Source: Nitrospinales bacterium (GTDB lineage: Bacteria; Nitrospinota; Nitrospinia; Nitrospinales; VA-1). Taken from it: 64,000 nt of DNA. The translations under genes and the position numbers were made by a program. The notes under the pieces were generated by a model, which saw only the letters and a list, made by a program, of their open reading frames with translations, was not told the origin of the DNA and searched no databases. Of the stretch, positions 30,704-39,453 are shown in pieces. The stretch's first letter is position 1, and every line of letters starts with the position of its first letter. The stretch is taken from contig CBDCWG010000012.1 in the NCBI GenBank assembly GCA_965223345.1, positions 800,001 to 864,000 of the forward strand. The letters are read 5' to 3'.

Positions 30704-31426
30704 TTATCTGCGGGTGGAGAGGTATTTGAGCGGGTTTCGGGGATGGGTGTCGTTTCTCACCTCAAAGTGCAGGTGCGGCCCGGTGGAGCGGCCGGTGCTG
30801 CCGACGGAGGCGATCCGCTGGCCCTTCTTCACCCGCGCGCCTTTGCGCACCCAGTTTTTCGAGTTGTGCGCGTAGACGGTGGTCAGGTGGTTTTTGTGTT
30901 TGATGATCACCATGAGGCCGTAGCCGGTGGGGCCCCAGTCGCTGAACATCACGGTGCCGTCGGCGGCGGCGACGATGGGCGTGCCTTTGGGGGCGCCGAT
31001 GTCGATGCCTTCGTGGCGGCGGCCTTTGCGTTTGCCGAAGGTGGAGGTGAGAGTGCCTTTCACCGGCCAGCGCAGAAAATTCTTGATGGGCGGCCGTTTT
31101 TTGCCTTTGACGCTGATGTTGCGTTTCTTCGGGCGCTTGCGGTCGGTCGCCGCCACCTGAACGACGCGCGTCGCGCCGGGGATCCACAGCCGGGCGCCGG
31201 CGCGGACCTGCGTGGCGTCGCGGATCCGGTTGACCCGCATGAGGGTGCCGACCTGCGTCTTGTAGGCGCGGGCGATGCTGTACAGGGTCTGACCCGGTTT
31301 CACGACATGGGTCACGCCTCCGCTGCGCGGGTAGATGGGCGTGGGCCCGAACAGCGCGCAACCGGACAGCAGGGAGAGGAGGACCCAAAGCGATGCGAAT
31401 TTCAGAATCGAGGCTCTCAAAGGCAT
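30704..31426 (-). CDS. LysM + M23 peptidase lipoprotein (NlpD-like)
   Basis: Lipobox LSGC, LysM HVVKPGQTLYSIA, HEGIDI, YAH, STGPHLHFE. Confidence 0.92.
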   Translation of the reverse strand: MPLRASILKFASLWVLLSLLSGCALFGPTPIYPRSGGVTHVVKPGQTLYSIARAYKTQVGTLMRVNRIRDATQVRAGARLWIPGATRVVQVAATDRKRPKKRNISVKGKKRPPIKNFLRWPVKGTLTSTFGKRKGRRHEGIDIGAPKGTPIVAAADGTVMFSDWGPTGYGLMVIIKHKNHLTTVYAHNSKNWVRKGARVKKGQRIASVGSTGRSTGPHLHFEVRNDTHPRNPLKYLSTRR

Positions 31427-31639
31427 GGCGGTCGGCGTCGGGTTGCTAAGTTGTTGAAAAATTGTAACATTTTATGGGCGTTGAAGTCCATTGCAAGTCG
31501 TCCGGGGCCTTTACAAGCCGGGTGGCTTGCGGTATAAACGTGCTGTTGTTTCTCACGTTAGAAAAACTTCATGGCAACAATTCCCGCCTGTTTGGTTTCC
31601 GCTGTCTCCAGCCGGGGCCGGGTACGGATACTTGGAATC

Positions 31640-32767
31640 ATGCGAATCGTTCATTGGTGTCTTTTGCTCGGTATGGTTTTCGGATGCGGGGACGGCCGTC
31701 CGGCGCCGGAGCTTTTTTCCCTTCCGGTGGTTTACAATGTGGGTAAAAAGCCCGCAGCGGTTCTCGCCCACGACATGAACAACGACGGCTACCACGACCT
31801 GCTGGTGGCCAATTCCGGCGACGACACGTTCAATTTCCTCGAAGGGCTGGGCAACGGCACTTTCAAGGACCCGCAGACTCTGGACACGGGCCGCGAGCCG
31901 GTGGCGCTCGCCGCGTCGGACTTCAACGGCGACGGCACCCCCGACATCGCTATCTGCAATTACGGTGACGGCGACGTGGGCATCGTTCTGGGGCAGAAGG
32001 ACGGGTTGTTCAAGTCCAAGGGCAACGTCAAGGTGGGGCGGCTTCCCATCGCCATCACCACGGCGGATTTCAATGAGGATGGACACGTGGACCTGGCGGT
32101 CACGCTCAGGTTCGACAAAATGATCATCCTTCTCGGCGTCGGGGACGGCACGTTCAAACTCGCCGAAGCCTACAAGGCGTCGGGCACGCCGGCCAATCTG
32201 ATTTCGGGCGATTACAACAAGGACGGCCACGCCGACATCGCCATCGCGTTCAACGCCGTTCAGGTGCAGTTCATCCGCGTGTTTTTCGGAAACGGCGACG
32301 GCACGTTTCAAAACCCCAAGCGCATTCCCGGCGGGCATCAATCCTCTTTCATCACCCAGCACGATATGAACAAGGACGGGATTCTGGATCTCATCACGTC
32401 TTCCACCATGAAGGACAGCGTGACGCTCTATCTGGGGGACGGCAAGGGCGGCTTCACCGCGACCGGGGATTTCGCAGGTGAAAAAGGACCGGAGCACATC
32501 GTGCCGGGACAGTTCTCGGGCGACCAGATTCCGGATCTGGTGGTGTGCAACCGGCGGGACAACTCGATCTCGGTCCTCGAGGGCCGGGGAGACGGCACGT
32601 TTGTGTTCCCGCATTTCAACTACCCTGTCGGGCGCAATCCGCGCGCGATCACCGGGGCGGATTTCAACCGCGACGGTTTGACCGATCTTGCGATCCTGCT
32701 CTACGACTCGCAGCTGCTGGAGATTTTCACACGCAAAGTGGACACGCAGTTTCCGACGGAGTCGTGA
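31640..32767 (+). CDS. FG-GAP/VCBS-repeat beta-propeller lipoprotein
   Basis: Lipobox VFGC; seven D(F/M)N.DG..D repeats with G.GDGTF. Confidence 0.88.
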   Translation: MRIVHWCLLLGMVFGCGDGRPAPELFSLPVVYNVGKKPAAVLAHDMNNDGYHDLLVANSGDDTFNFLEGLGNGTFKDPQTLDTGREPVALAASDFNGDGTPDIAICNYGDGDVGIVLGQKDGLFKSKGNVKVGRLPIAITTADFNEDGHVDLAVTLRFDKMIILLGVGDGTFKLAEAYKASGTPANLISGDYNKDGHADIAIAFNAVQVQFIRVFFGNGDGTFQNPKRIPGGHQSSFITQHDMNKDGILDLITSSTMKDSVTLYLGDGKGGFTATGDFAGEKGPEHIVPGQFSGDQIPDLVVCNRRDNSISVLEGRGDGTFVFPHFNYPVGRNPRAITGADFNRDGLTDLAILLYDSQLLEIFTRKVDTQFPTES

Positions 32768-32772
32768 GTTTT

Positions 32773-32952
32773 CTACGAGTTGTTTTCCTGAAAATTCCCG
32801 GAATCGGGAAGCAGATCCGTTCCCGGAACGAAGTATTTTTCATCCAGCCAGGCGCCGAGATCGACCAGTCGGCAGCGTTCCGAACAAAAGGGAAAATACG
32901 GATTCTCTTCCATCTCCATCTCAATGGGCTTTTTGCACGTCGGGCATTTCAT
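32773..32952 (-). CDS. yacG: DNA gyrase inhibitor YacG (59 aa, absent from the ORF track)
   Basis: Hand translation MKCPTCKKPIEMEMEENPYFPFCSERCRLVDLGAWLDEKYFVPG...; CPTC + PFCSERC...DLG.W signature. Confidence 0.92.
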   Translation of the reverse strand: MKCPTCKKPIEMEMEENPYFPFCSERCRLVDLGAWLDEKYFVPGTDLLPDSGNFQENNS

Positions 32953-33121
32953 GGGTCACCCCCGTTGAAATAGATTCGAGATTAAAATGTGAAACGCGGA
33001 TTGTGTTTCATCCTACCAAACATCCGTTGCGGCAATCAATCGTCAGTTGCTTTTCCGTTTACAATGATTTAACCCGTTTGTATAGTATTCTGGAACATAC
33101 GTGAACCTTCTGGACGGTCCG

Positions 33122-35230
33122 ATGACAAGCGGAGTGCAACAGCGGGATTATTACAAGGTTCTGGGGGTCGCACCCGACGCCACCCAGGACGAGATCGACC
33201 GTGCCTACCAGCGGCTGGTGGAACGGTTCGACGCGGCCCGCAACGCGGCCTCCCCCGAAACGCAGACCTCTCTCAAAGATAAGATCGGATTGCTGCAGGA
33301 AGCCTACGACACCCTTTCCAATGAGGAAAAACGGGGCGTGCACGACAGGAGCATTCACGAACGCAGGCAGGAGGTGCCCGTCTCGCTGAACCCGGTTGCC
33401 AGCCGGGCGGAGGCCCTGTTCGCAGACTGGAAGAACGGTCACAAGGACAAACAGCAGAACATCTATGAGGATTATTTCGGTTTCTCCGAAAAACCCTTCG
33501 ACCTGACTCCCGACCCCAAGTACCTGTATCTGAGCCCGAAACACAAGGAGGTGCTGGCGCACCTGGTTTACGGCCTGCAGGAAAACAACGGTTTTCTCAA
33601 GATCATCGGCGAGGTGGGAACCGGCAAGACCATGATCTGCCGCAGTTTCCTCAAGGAACTGCACGCCAATTTCAACATCGCCTACATCTTCAATCCGGGC
33701 ATCAACGAGTTGGAACTGTTGCAGACCATCAACTCCGAATTCGGCCTCCCCAGTGAAAGCACGAGCAAGAAAAAACTGATCGACACCCTCAACCGGTTTC
33801 TGCTCGATGAAAGAAAAAAAGGCCATCGCGTGGTGGTCATCATCGACGAGGCGCAGGATCTTTTGCCGGACGTGCTGGAGCAGCTGCGGCTGTTGTCCAA
33901 CCTGGAAACCGAGAAGGAAAAGCTGATCCAGATCGTTCTCATCGGGCAGCCGGAGCTGAACCGAACACTCGATCAGGAGGAACTGCGCCAGCTCAAGCAG
34001 CGGATCACCATCCAGTGGGAACTGTTGCCGTTGAACCTGGAAGAGACCCGCGGCTACCTGCAGCACCGGCTGAACGTGGCGATGGGAAAAGGCAAGGTGC
34101 AGTTCAGCCGGCCGGCGGTGCACCGGATTTACCGCTATGCCGAGGGCATTCCGAGGATGATCAACGTGATCGCGGACCGCTGCCTGTTGATCGCCTACAC
34201 GCTCAACACGAAGAAGATCAGTTCGAAGATCATCCGTGCGGCGGTGCGGGACATCGGCGGGCTCAAACCCGCTCCCACAGTGTGGGGGACGGCCTTCAAG
34301 TTCGTCCTGCCCGCGGCGTTGTTCGCCGGGCTGTTGTTTTTTATCATCAGCGATTTCGCGCTGCCGGACCTGCAGCGCGATGCGAAAGAGGGGCGGGATC
34401 TCGCCTCCCTCGTGCGCGACAACGCGGTGGCGCCGGATCGATCGAGTTCGACAACGGCCGGATCCGCCAGGGCGTCCAACAAGACGGGCGAGCCGGCCGC
34501 GTCCGCAACCGCTATGGCCCGTTTGGGACCGGACCCCGACCGCAACGCGCCCCCGGCGCGGGGAAGCGACCTGGAGCCGGGGACGCTCGCCATCACCGAT
34601 CCGGACAAGCTGGTGACTTATCTTTCCACCCTGTCGCTCGATGAAAGCCGCATCGAGGCGGTGCAATGGCTTCTCGATGCGTGGGGACTGTCGGATACGG
34701 GATGGCCGGCGGGAGCGCCGGGGACGTTCGAGTCCCTGCACGAGGAATTCGGTCTGTCGGCCTACGAGGTGAACGGCAATTTCAAACGGCTCACCACACT
34801 CAATTATCCCGCTGTTCTGGAGGTTGCGCTTCCCAATTCGCTGGGGACCAAGTACCTGGCTCTGATGCGCTCCGAGACCGGGCTGGGGACCTTCGGGTCG
34901 GTGGACAAGATCGAAATGCCGCTCGAAGTCATCAACCCGCTGTGGACGCGGCGGGCGGTGGTCCTTTGGAAGGATTTCGAGAACCTGCCGGATCCGCTGG
35001 AAAAAGGATTCAACGGCGCCGAGGCGATCTGGCTGCAGAAGAATCTGCGGTTGCTGGGATTGTTCAAGGGACGGGAAGCACCGTATTTCGGCGAGCAGAC
35101 GGTGCAGGCGGTGCTCAAGTTTCAACGCAAACACAACATCCGCGACGACGGGCGCTTCCGCACCGACAGCAAAATGCTCCTGTACAATATCCTGAAGATC
35201 TATCCCACGCCGAAACTGGTCGGTCCCTGA
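33122..35230 (+). CDS. ExeA/GspA-like AAA ATPase with N-terminal J-like domain and C-terminal peptidoglycan-binding domain
   Basis: YEDYFGFSEKPFDLTPDPKYLY, GEVGTGKT, IIDEAQ, LIGQPEL, GIPRMIN, TM, AVLKFQRKHNIRDDG; N-terminal DYYKVLGVAPDAT..EI..AY. Confidence 0.9.
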   Translation: MTSGVQQRDYYKVLGVAPDATQDEIDRAYQRLVERFDAARNAASPETQTSLKDKIGLLQEAYDTLSNEEKRGVHDRSIHERRQEVPVSLNPVASRAEALFADWKNGHKDKQQNIYEDYFGFSEKPFDLTPDPKYLYLSPKHKEVLAHLVYGLQENNGFLKIIGEVGTGKTMICRSFLKELHANFNIAYIFNPGINELELLQTINSEFGLPSESTSKKKLIDTLNRFLLDERKKGHRVVVIIDEAQDLLPDVLEQLRLLSNLETEKEKLIQIVLIGQPELNRTLDQEELRQLKQRITIQWELLPLNLEETRGYLQHRLNVAMGKGKVQFSRPAVHRIYRYAEGIPRMINVIADRCLLIAYTLNTKKISSKIIRAAVRDIGGLKPAPTVWGTAFKFVLPAALFAGLLFFIISDFALPDLQRDAKEGRDLASLVRDNAVAPDRSSSTTAGSARASNKTGEPAASATAMARLGPDPDRNAPPARGSDLEPGTLAITDPDKLVTYLSTLSLDESRIEAVQWLLDAWGLSDTGWPAGAPGTFESLHEEFGLSAYEVNGNFKRLTTLNYPAVLEVALPNSLGTKYLALMRSETGLGTFGSVDKIEMPLEVINPLWTRRAVVLWKDFENLPDPLEKGFNGAEAIWLQKNLRLLGLFKGREAPYFGEQTVQAVLKFQRKHNIRDDGRFRTDSKMLLYNILKIYPTPKLVGP

Positions 35231-35324
35231 GCGCAGCACACAAAACCACGGATGGGTTGCTTTGCATCCATCCACGTACTCCCTGATTTTTTAAATCCAG
35301 TCCACGACTCGCACCGGTGCCGTC

Positions 35325-36098
35325 ATGAGCACGATACTCAAAACGCTGAAAAAGCTGGAAGAAGAAAAAAGCGTTCTTGAAAAGAACAACGACCTCAAGG
35401 GGCTGGTCCTGCAGGGAGAGACCGGCGGCGGGGCGTCGGAAGAAAGCGGCGCGCGCAGCCGGCGGACCCTGTGGGGCGGGTTGCTGCTCGGCGGTTTTGT
35501 GCTGGGAGTCGCAACGTATTTTCTCATCGACCGGTTCGCTCAGGAGCCGCCGCCGGTGCCGACTTCCCGGCCGGTGTCCACTCCCGTCCCGGAAACACAG
35601 CCTCCGGTGAAGACGGCCTTCGACCATCCGACGGGAATCCCGCTTTCCCATATCCGCGACACCTCGCCCTATGCGGACGATCCGGTCTTTCCGGAGACGG
35701 AATGGATCGAGCCGGAAGCCCCGCCCTTGTTGGAAACGGCCGCGCCGAAACCGATCGATCCCCCGATCGCCGCTCCCCGTTCGGTGGACGGAGCGGTTGA
35801 AAAGATCGATTCGCTGATCAAATCTGTGACGACCCAGGCCTACCTGTTGCGCGAAGATCCCGCGGAGCCGGAGCCGCTGCGCTCAGAAACCCACATTCCG
35901 GGACTGCGGGTGAAGGGGATCGTGTACTTCGCCGACAACCACCCCGCCAACCACATCTACATCGCGACGCCCAGCGAAAGCAATGTCAAGCTCAAGGTCG
36001 ATGAGACCGAGCAGAGGGCCATCCTCAAAGCGATTCTGCCCAACAAGGCGGTGTTCGTGTACCAGGGGAAACGCGTGGAACTCGCCATGGGCGAGTGA
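35325..36098 (+). CDS. ExeB/GspB-like protein
   Basis: MSTILKTLKKLEEE start, single TM, Pro-rich linker, C-terminal beta domain; follows the exeA-like gene. Confidence 0.75.
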   Translation: MSTILKTLKKLEEEKSVLEKNNDLKGLVLQGETGGGASEESGARSRRTLWGGLLLGGFVLGVATYFLIDRFAQEPPPVPTSRPVSTPVPETQPPVKTAFDHPTGIPLSHIRDTSPYADDPVFPETEWIEPEAPPLLETAAPKPIDPPIAAPRSVDGAVEKIDSLIKSVTTQAYLLREDPAEPEPLRSETHIPGLRVKGIVYFADNHPANHIYIATPSESNVKLKVDETEQRAILKAILPNKAVFVYQGKRVELAMGE

Positions 36099-36203
36099 GC
36101 GCCTGCAAGCTCCGCGTTGCCAATCGGTAGTGCTGGTGTGGGATTCATGGAATGCTCCATTATTAATGTATATACACTTTTATGGGAAAATAATTGCACC
36201 GCT

Positions 36204-36662
36204 TCACGATTCCAGAGCGGTCACCGTGGTTTTCAGGTTTTTCAGCAATTCGCTCCACCGGCCTTTTGTGAGGCGCCGGATCACGCGGTTTTGCGCTTCC
36301 TCCCAGTGGGGCAGGGCCTTGAGGAAGGCTTTTTTCCCCTTCATCGTGACGCTCAAGGTCCGGGTGCGCCGGTCCTCGCCGGGCACGATGCGAACCAGAT
36401 TCTGCGCTTCCAGGGGTTTGAGGTTGCGCGTCAGGGTGGTGCGGTCCATGACCAGTTCTTTGGAAAGCTGCCCCACGGTGGCGGAGCCGATCAGCGATAG
36501 AACCGCAAGCAGGCTGAACTGGGTGGCGCGCAATCCCGAAGGTTGCAGGGTTTCATCGAAAATCTGGGTCACGGCGCGCGACGCTTTCCTCAGGTTGAAG
36601 CAGGTGCAGTCGTTGAGGGAGCCGGTGATTTTTTTCGACGCGGTTTTTTTACGACGCTTCAT
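36204..36662 (-). CDS. MarR-family transcriptional regulator with CxC motif
   Basis: CTCFNLRKASR, GLRATQFSLL, MDRTTLTRNLKPL, EDRR. Confidence 0.9.
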   Translation of the reverse strand: MKRRKKTASKKITGSLNDCTCFNLRKASRAVTQIFDETLQPSGLRATQFSLLAVLSLIGSATVGQLSKELVMDRTTLTRNLKPLEAQNLVRIVPGEDRRTRTLSVTMKGKKAFLKALPHWEEAQNRVIRRLTKGRWSELLKNLKTTVTALES

Positions 36663-36753
36663 ATTGAGAGTATATGCACCTATCTGGCCGCTGTCAAATC
36701 CTTTTCAGAAGCTCGTGTGTTTGGCTGCCTGGATTCCGGGAGAGGAACCGGAG

Positions 36754-37218
36754 TCAGGGTTTGATATACAGGTAGCCCTGCTCCTGCAAATCGGCGATGC
36801 GCTTGACCGCAACCGGATGCTCGGTGGGTTTGAAGCCGGACGCCAGGGAGGTGAGCGGTTTGTTGAAGAGCTTCATAGAGACCTGGCACATTTCCGGTTC
36901 CACGCCCTTGTCCACGATGACCGTGAGCCCCTTGAGCAGCGCCGGGTCCACGTCTTTTTTATCGAACAGTTTCAAAGCCGGGCCGTGAACCACCACCTTG
37001 ATGTCGATCTTGTCGGGACCGCCTTCGGCTTCCATGTGCTTGTTGATCAGCGCCATCGCGTATTTCGCCACGGCGACGTCGGCTCCGTCGATGTGGTACA
37101 GGACTTTGAGCTTGCCGTCTGCGGTCCGGTGCGGGCCGGCGGCCTGGCTGGTGGACGTTGCGAGCAACGTAACGATGAGTGTGATGAAAATCCAGATCCG
37201 GTAATGGTTCGGCTGCAT
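36754..37218 (-). CDS. Exported DsrE-family protein
   Basis: Signal peptide, KVLYHID, VVVHGPAL, EMCQVSM, LQEQGYLYIKP; AGGAGG RBS before ATG 37218. Confidence 0.8.
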   Translation of the reverse strand: MQPNHYRIWIFITLIVTLLATSTSQAAGPHRTADGKLKVLYHIDGADVAVAKYAMALINKHMEAEGGPDKIDIKVVVHGPALKLFDKKDVDPALLKGLTVIVDKGVEPEMCQVSMKLFNKPLTSLASGFKPTEHPVAVKRIADLQEQGYLYIKP

Positions 37219-37285
37219 GATTTCCTCCTGAGAAGATGCGATCCCTTTGGGGGTGAGTCGGCAATGCCTGTGCACGGTTGACGCT

Positions 37286-37675
37286 TTATTTCCGCCGGTC
37301 GGCTTGCGGTTTTTCGATGCGCAGCAGTTCGTTGAAACGGATGCGGGTTCCCGGATATCCCTGCTGCAAGAGAATGTCGATGACCTGTTTGATGGCCTTC
37401 ACGTGCCGTTTTCTCGATGCTTCACCGTCGAAATGCGGGTCTTCCTCCTCGATGGAGATCACTCCCGGTGCGACGTAATTGAGATAAAACGCTCCCAGCG
37501 GCCGGTCGTCCTGAACCGGGCCGTCGCTGGCGCCGCTGTTGACCACCACCATCGTGAGGTCTCCACCACCGGGGTACACTTCGAAAAGCCCTCCCTGGCG
37601 GACGGTGTTTTCCCGGCAATAATCCAGGATTCGCAGGACATCCTCATAGGGAACCGCTTTGTAAACCGCGTGCAT
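37286..37675 (-). CDS. Hypothetical protein
   Basis: 129-aa ORF with plausible composition, co-directional with dsrE-marR; no motif recognised. Confidence 0.6.
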   Translation of the reverse strand: MHAVYKAVPYEDVLRILDYCRENTVRQGGLFEVYPGGGDLTMVVVNSGASDGPVQDDRPLGAFYLNYVAPGVISIEEEDPHFDGEASRKRHVKAIKQVIDILLQQGYPGTRIRFNELLRIEKPQADRRK

Positions 37676-37857
37676 GCCTGATTCCGTTTGGGTTGCGATG
37701 GTTTCAGTCTATCAGAATCCGGGCTCCACCTGTGATATTTTGAGAGGGTTCCCTGGGAGGGGGGATTGGGTTTTCGGCAAGGCGGGAGAAAAGAAGCGGT
37801 TTTTTAGCGCGAAAACTCAGTGACGCGATTCACAGACACCGGTCGGGAAGGGAGACT

Positions 37858-38445
37858 ATGCCAGACACCATCGAAAGCCTCATGGAAAAAATTCAGGATC
37901 TTGAAAAAAGTCTTCTGGTCGAAATCCAGAAAAAGGAAAAGGAGTTTTACTACGAGATCATCCGCAAGAAAGTCCGGTTCACACGCGAAGTCCGCGCGCA
38001 GCACAAGCTGCTGGTGGAAAAGTTCTACAAGTATCTCTACAACGCATCGATCCTGAACATCCTCACCGCCCCGGTGATCTGGTTTTGCCTCATTCCGACG
38101 GTGTTTCTGGACCTTGTGGTCACGCTCTATCAGACCGTCTGCTTTCCCGTGTACCGCATTCCCAAAGTCCGGCGCAGCGATTACGTGATCATCGACCGGA
38201 ACTATCTGAGCTACCTCAATTTCATCGAAAAAATGAACTGCATGTACTGCGGCTACTTCAACGGCGTGGTGGCGTATTTCCAGGAGGTGGGCGCCCGCAC
38301 CGAACAGCACTGGTGCCCGATCAAGCACGCGCGAAAACTCAAGGTGGTGCACAGCCGCTATAAAAACTTCCTCGATTACGGGGACGGCGTCGGCTACCGG
38401 AAAAAGTTCGGCCAGCTCCGTAAAGAATTCGACGACCTGCGATGA
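37858..38445 (+). CDS. Hypothetical membrane protein with Cys/His motifs
   Basis: GGAG RBS, one TM hairpin, NCMYCGY and WCPIKH. Confidence 0.75.
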   Translation: MPDTIESLMEKIQDLEKSLLVEIQKKEKEFYYEIIRKKVRFTREVRAQHKLLVEKFYKYLYNASILNILTAPVIWFCLIPTVFLDLVVTLYQTVCFPVYRIPKVRRSDYVIIDRNYLSYLNFIEKMNCMYCGYFNGVVAYFQEVGARTEQHWCPIKHARKLKVVHSRYKNFLDYGDGVGYRKKFGQLRKEFDDLR

Positions 38446-38583
38446 CCCCGCATGGGCGCCCGGCGATTGAGGTTGACTTTGCGCGGGTTCCTCTGCTAAA
38501 CAGCAGGCATCCATTGCCAACGATCGGCCTTTTGTCCTTCACGCACGACAGGATGCGGCGGACGCCGGTATTCAGATGAAACC

Positions 38584-39453
38584 ATGAATTTTCAGAACAT
38601 CATTCTCAAATTGCAGGACTACTGGGCCTCCAAAGGCTGCGCCATCCATCAGCCCTACGACATCGAAGTGGGAGCGGGGACCTTCAACCCGAGCACGTTT
38701 TTCCGGGTGCTGGGGCCGGAGCCCTACCGGGCCGCGTATGTGGAGCCCTCGCGCCGGCCCACCGACGGCCGGTACGGCGAAAACCCCAATCGGCTGCAAC
38801 ACTATTACCAGTATCAGGTCATCATCAAACCTTCGCTGGAAGACATTCAGGATCTCTACCTGAACAGCCTGGCCGTTCTGGGGATCGATCCGCTGGCGCA
38901 CGACATCCGATTTGTGGAGGACGACTGGGAATCCCCGACGCTCGGCGCCTGGGGATTGGGCTGGGAGGTCTGGCTCGACGGCATGGAGATCACGCAGTTC
39001 ACTTATTTCCAGCAGGTGGGCGGTCTCGATCTTTCTCCGGTCTCGGTGGAGTTGACGTACGGCCTGGAGCGGATCGCCATGTACCTGCAGAACGTCGATA
39101 ACGTGTACGATCTGAAATGGAACGATTCCATCCTGTACGGGGATGTTCATTTGGAAACGGAGAAGCAGTTTTCCCGCTATAACTTTGAAGAGTCGAACAA
39201 GAAACGCCTGTTCCAATGGTTCGACATGTACGAGCAGGAGGCGAAGGATCTGCTGGAAAAGGATCTGGTGCTGCCGGGATACGATTACACGCTGAAGTGC
39301 TCGCACGCGTTCAACCAGCTCGACGCCCGCGGCGCGATCAGCGTGACGGAGCGGACCGGATTCATCGGGCGGGTGCGCAAACTGGCGCGGTTGTGCGCCG
39401 AGGGGTACGTGTGTCAGCGGGAGGCGATGGAATTCCCGCTTTCAACCGGCTGA
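38584..39453 (+). CDS. glyQ: Glycine-tRNA ligase alpha subunit
   Basis: [52 protein letters not shown]. Confidence 0.97.
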   Translation: MNFQNIILKLQDYWASKGCAIHQPYDIEVGAGTFNPSTFFRVLGPEPYRAAYVEPSRRPTDGRYGENPNRLQHYYQYQVIIKPSLEDIQDLYLNSLAVLGIDPLAHDIRFVEDDWESPTLGAWGLGWEVWLDGMEITQFTYFQQVGGLDLSPVSVELTYGLERIAMYLQNVDNVYDLKWNDSILYGDVHLETEKQFSRYNFEESNKKRLFQWFDMYEQEAKDLLEKDLVLPGYDYTLKCSHAFNQLDARGAISVTERTGFIGRVRKLARLCAEGYVCQREAMEFPLSTG

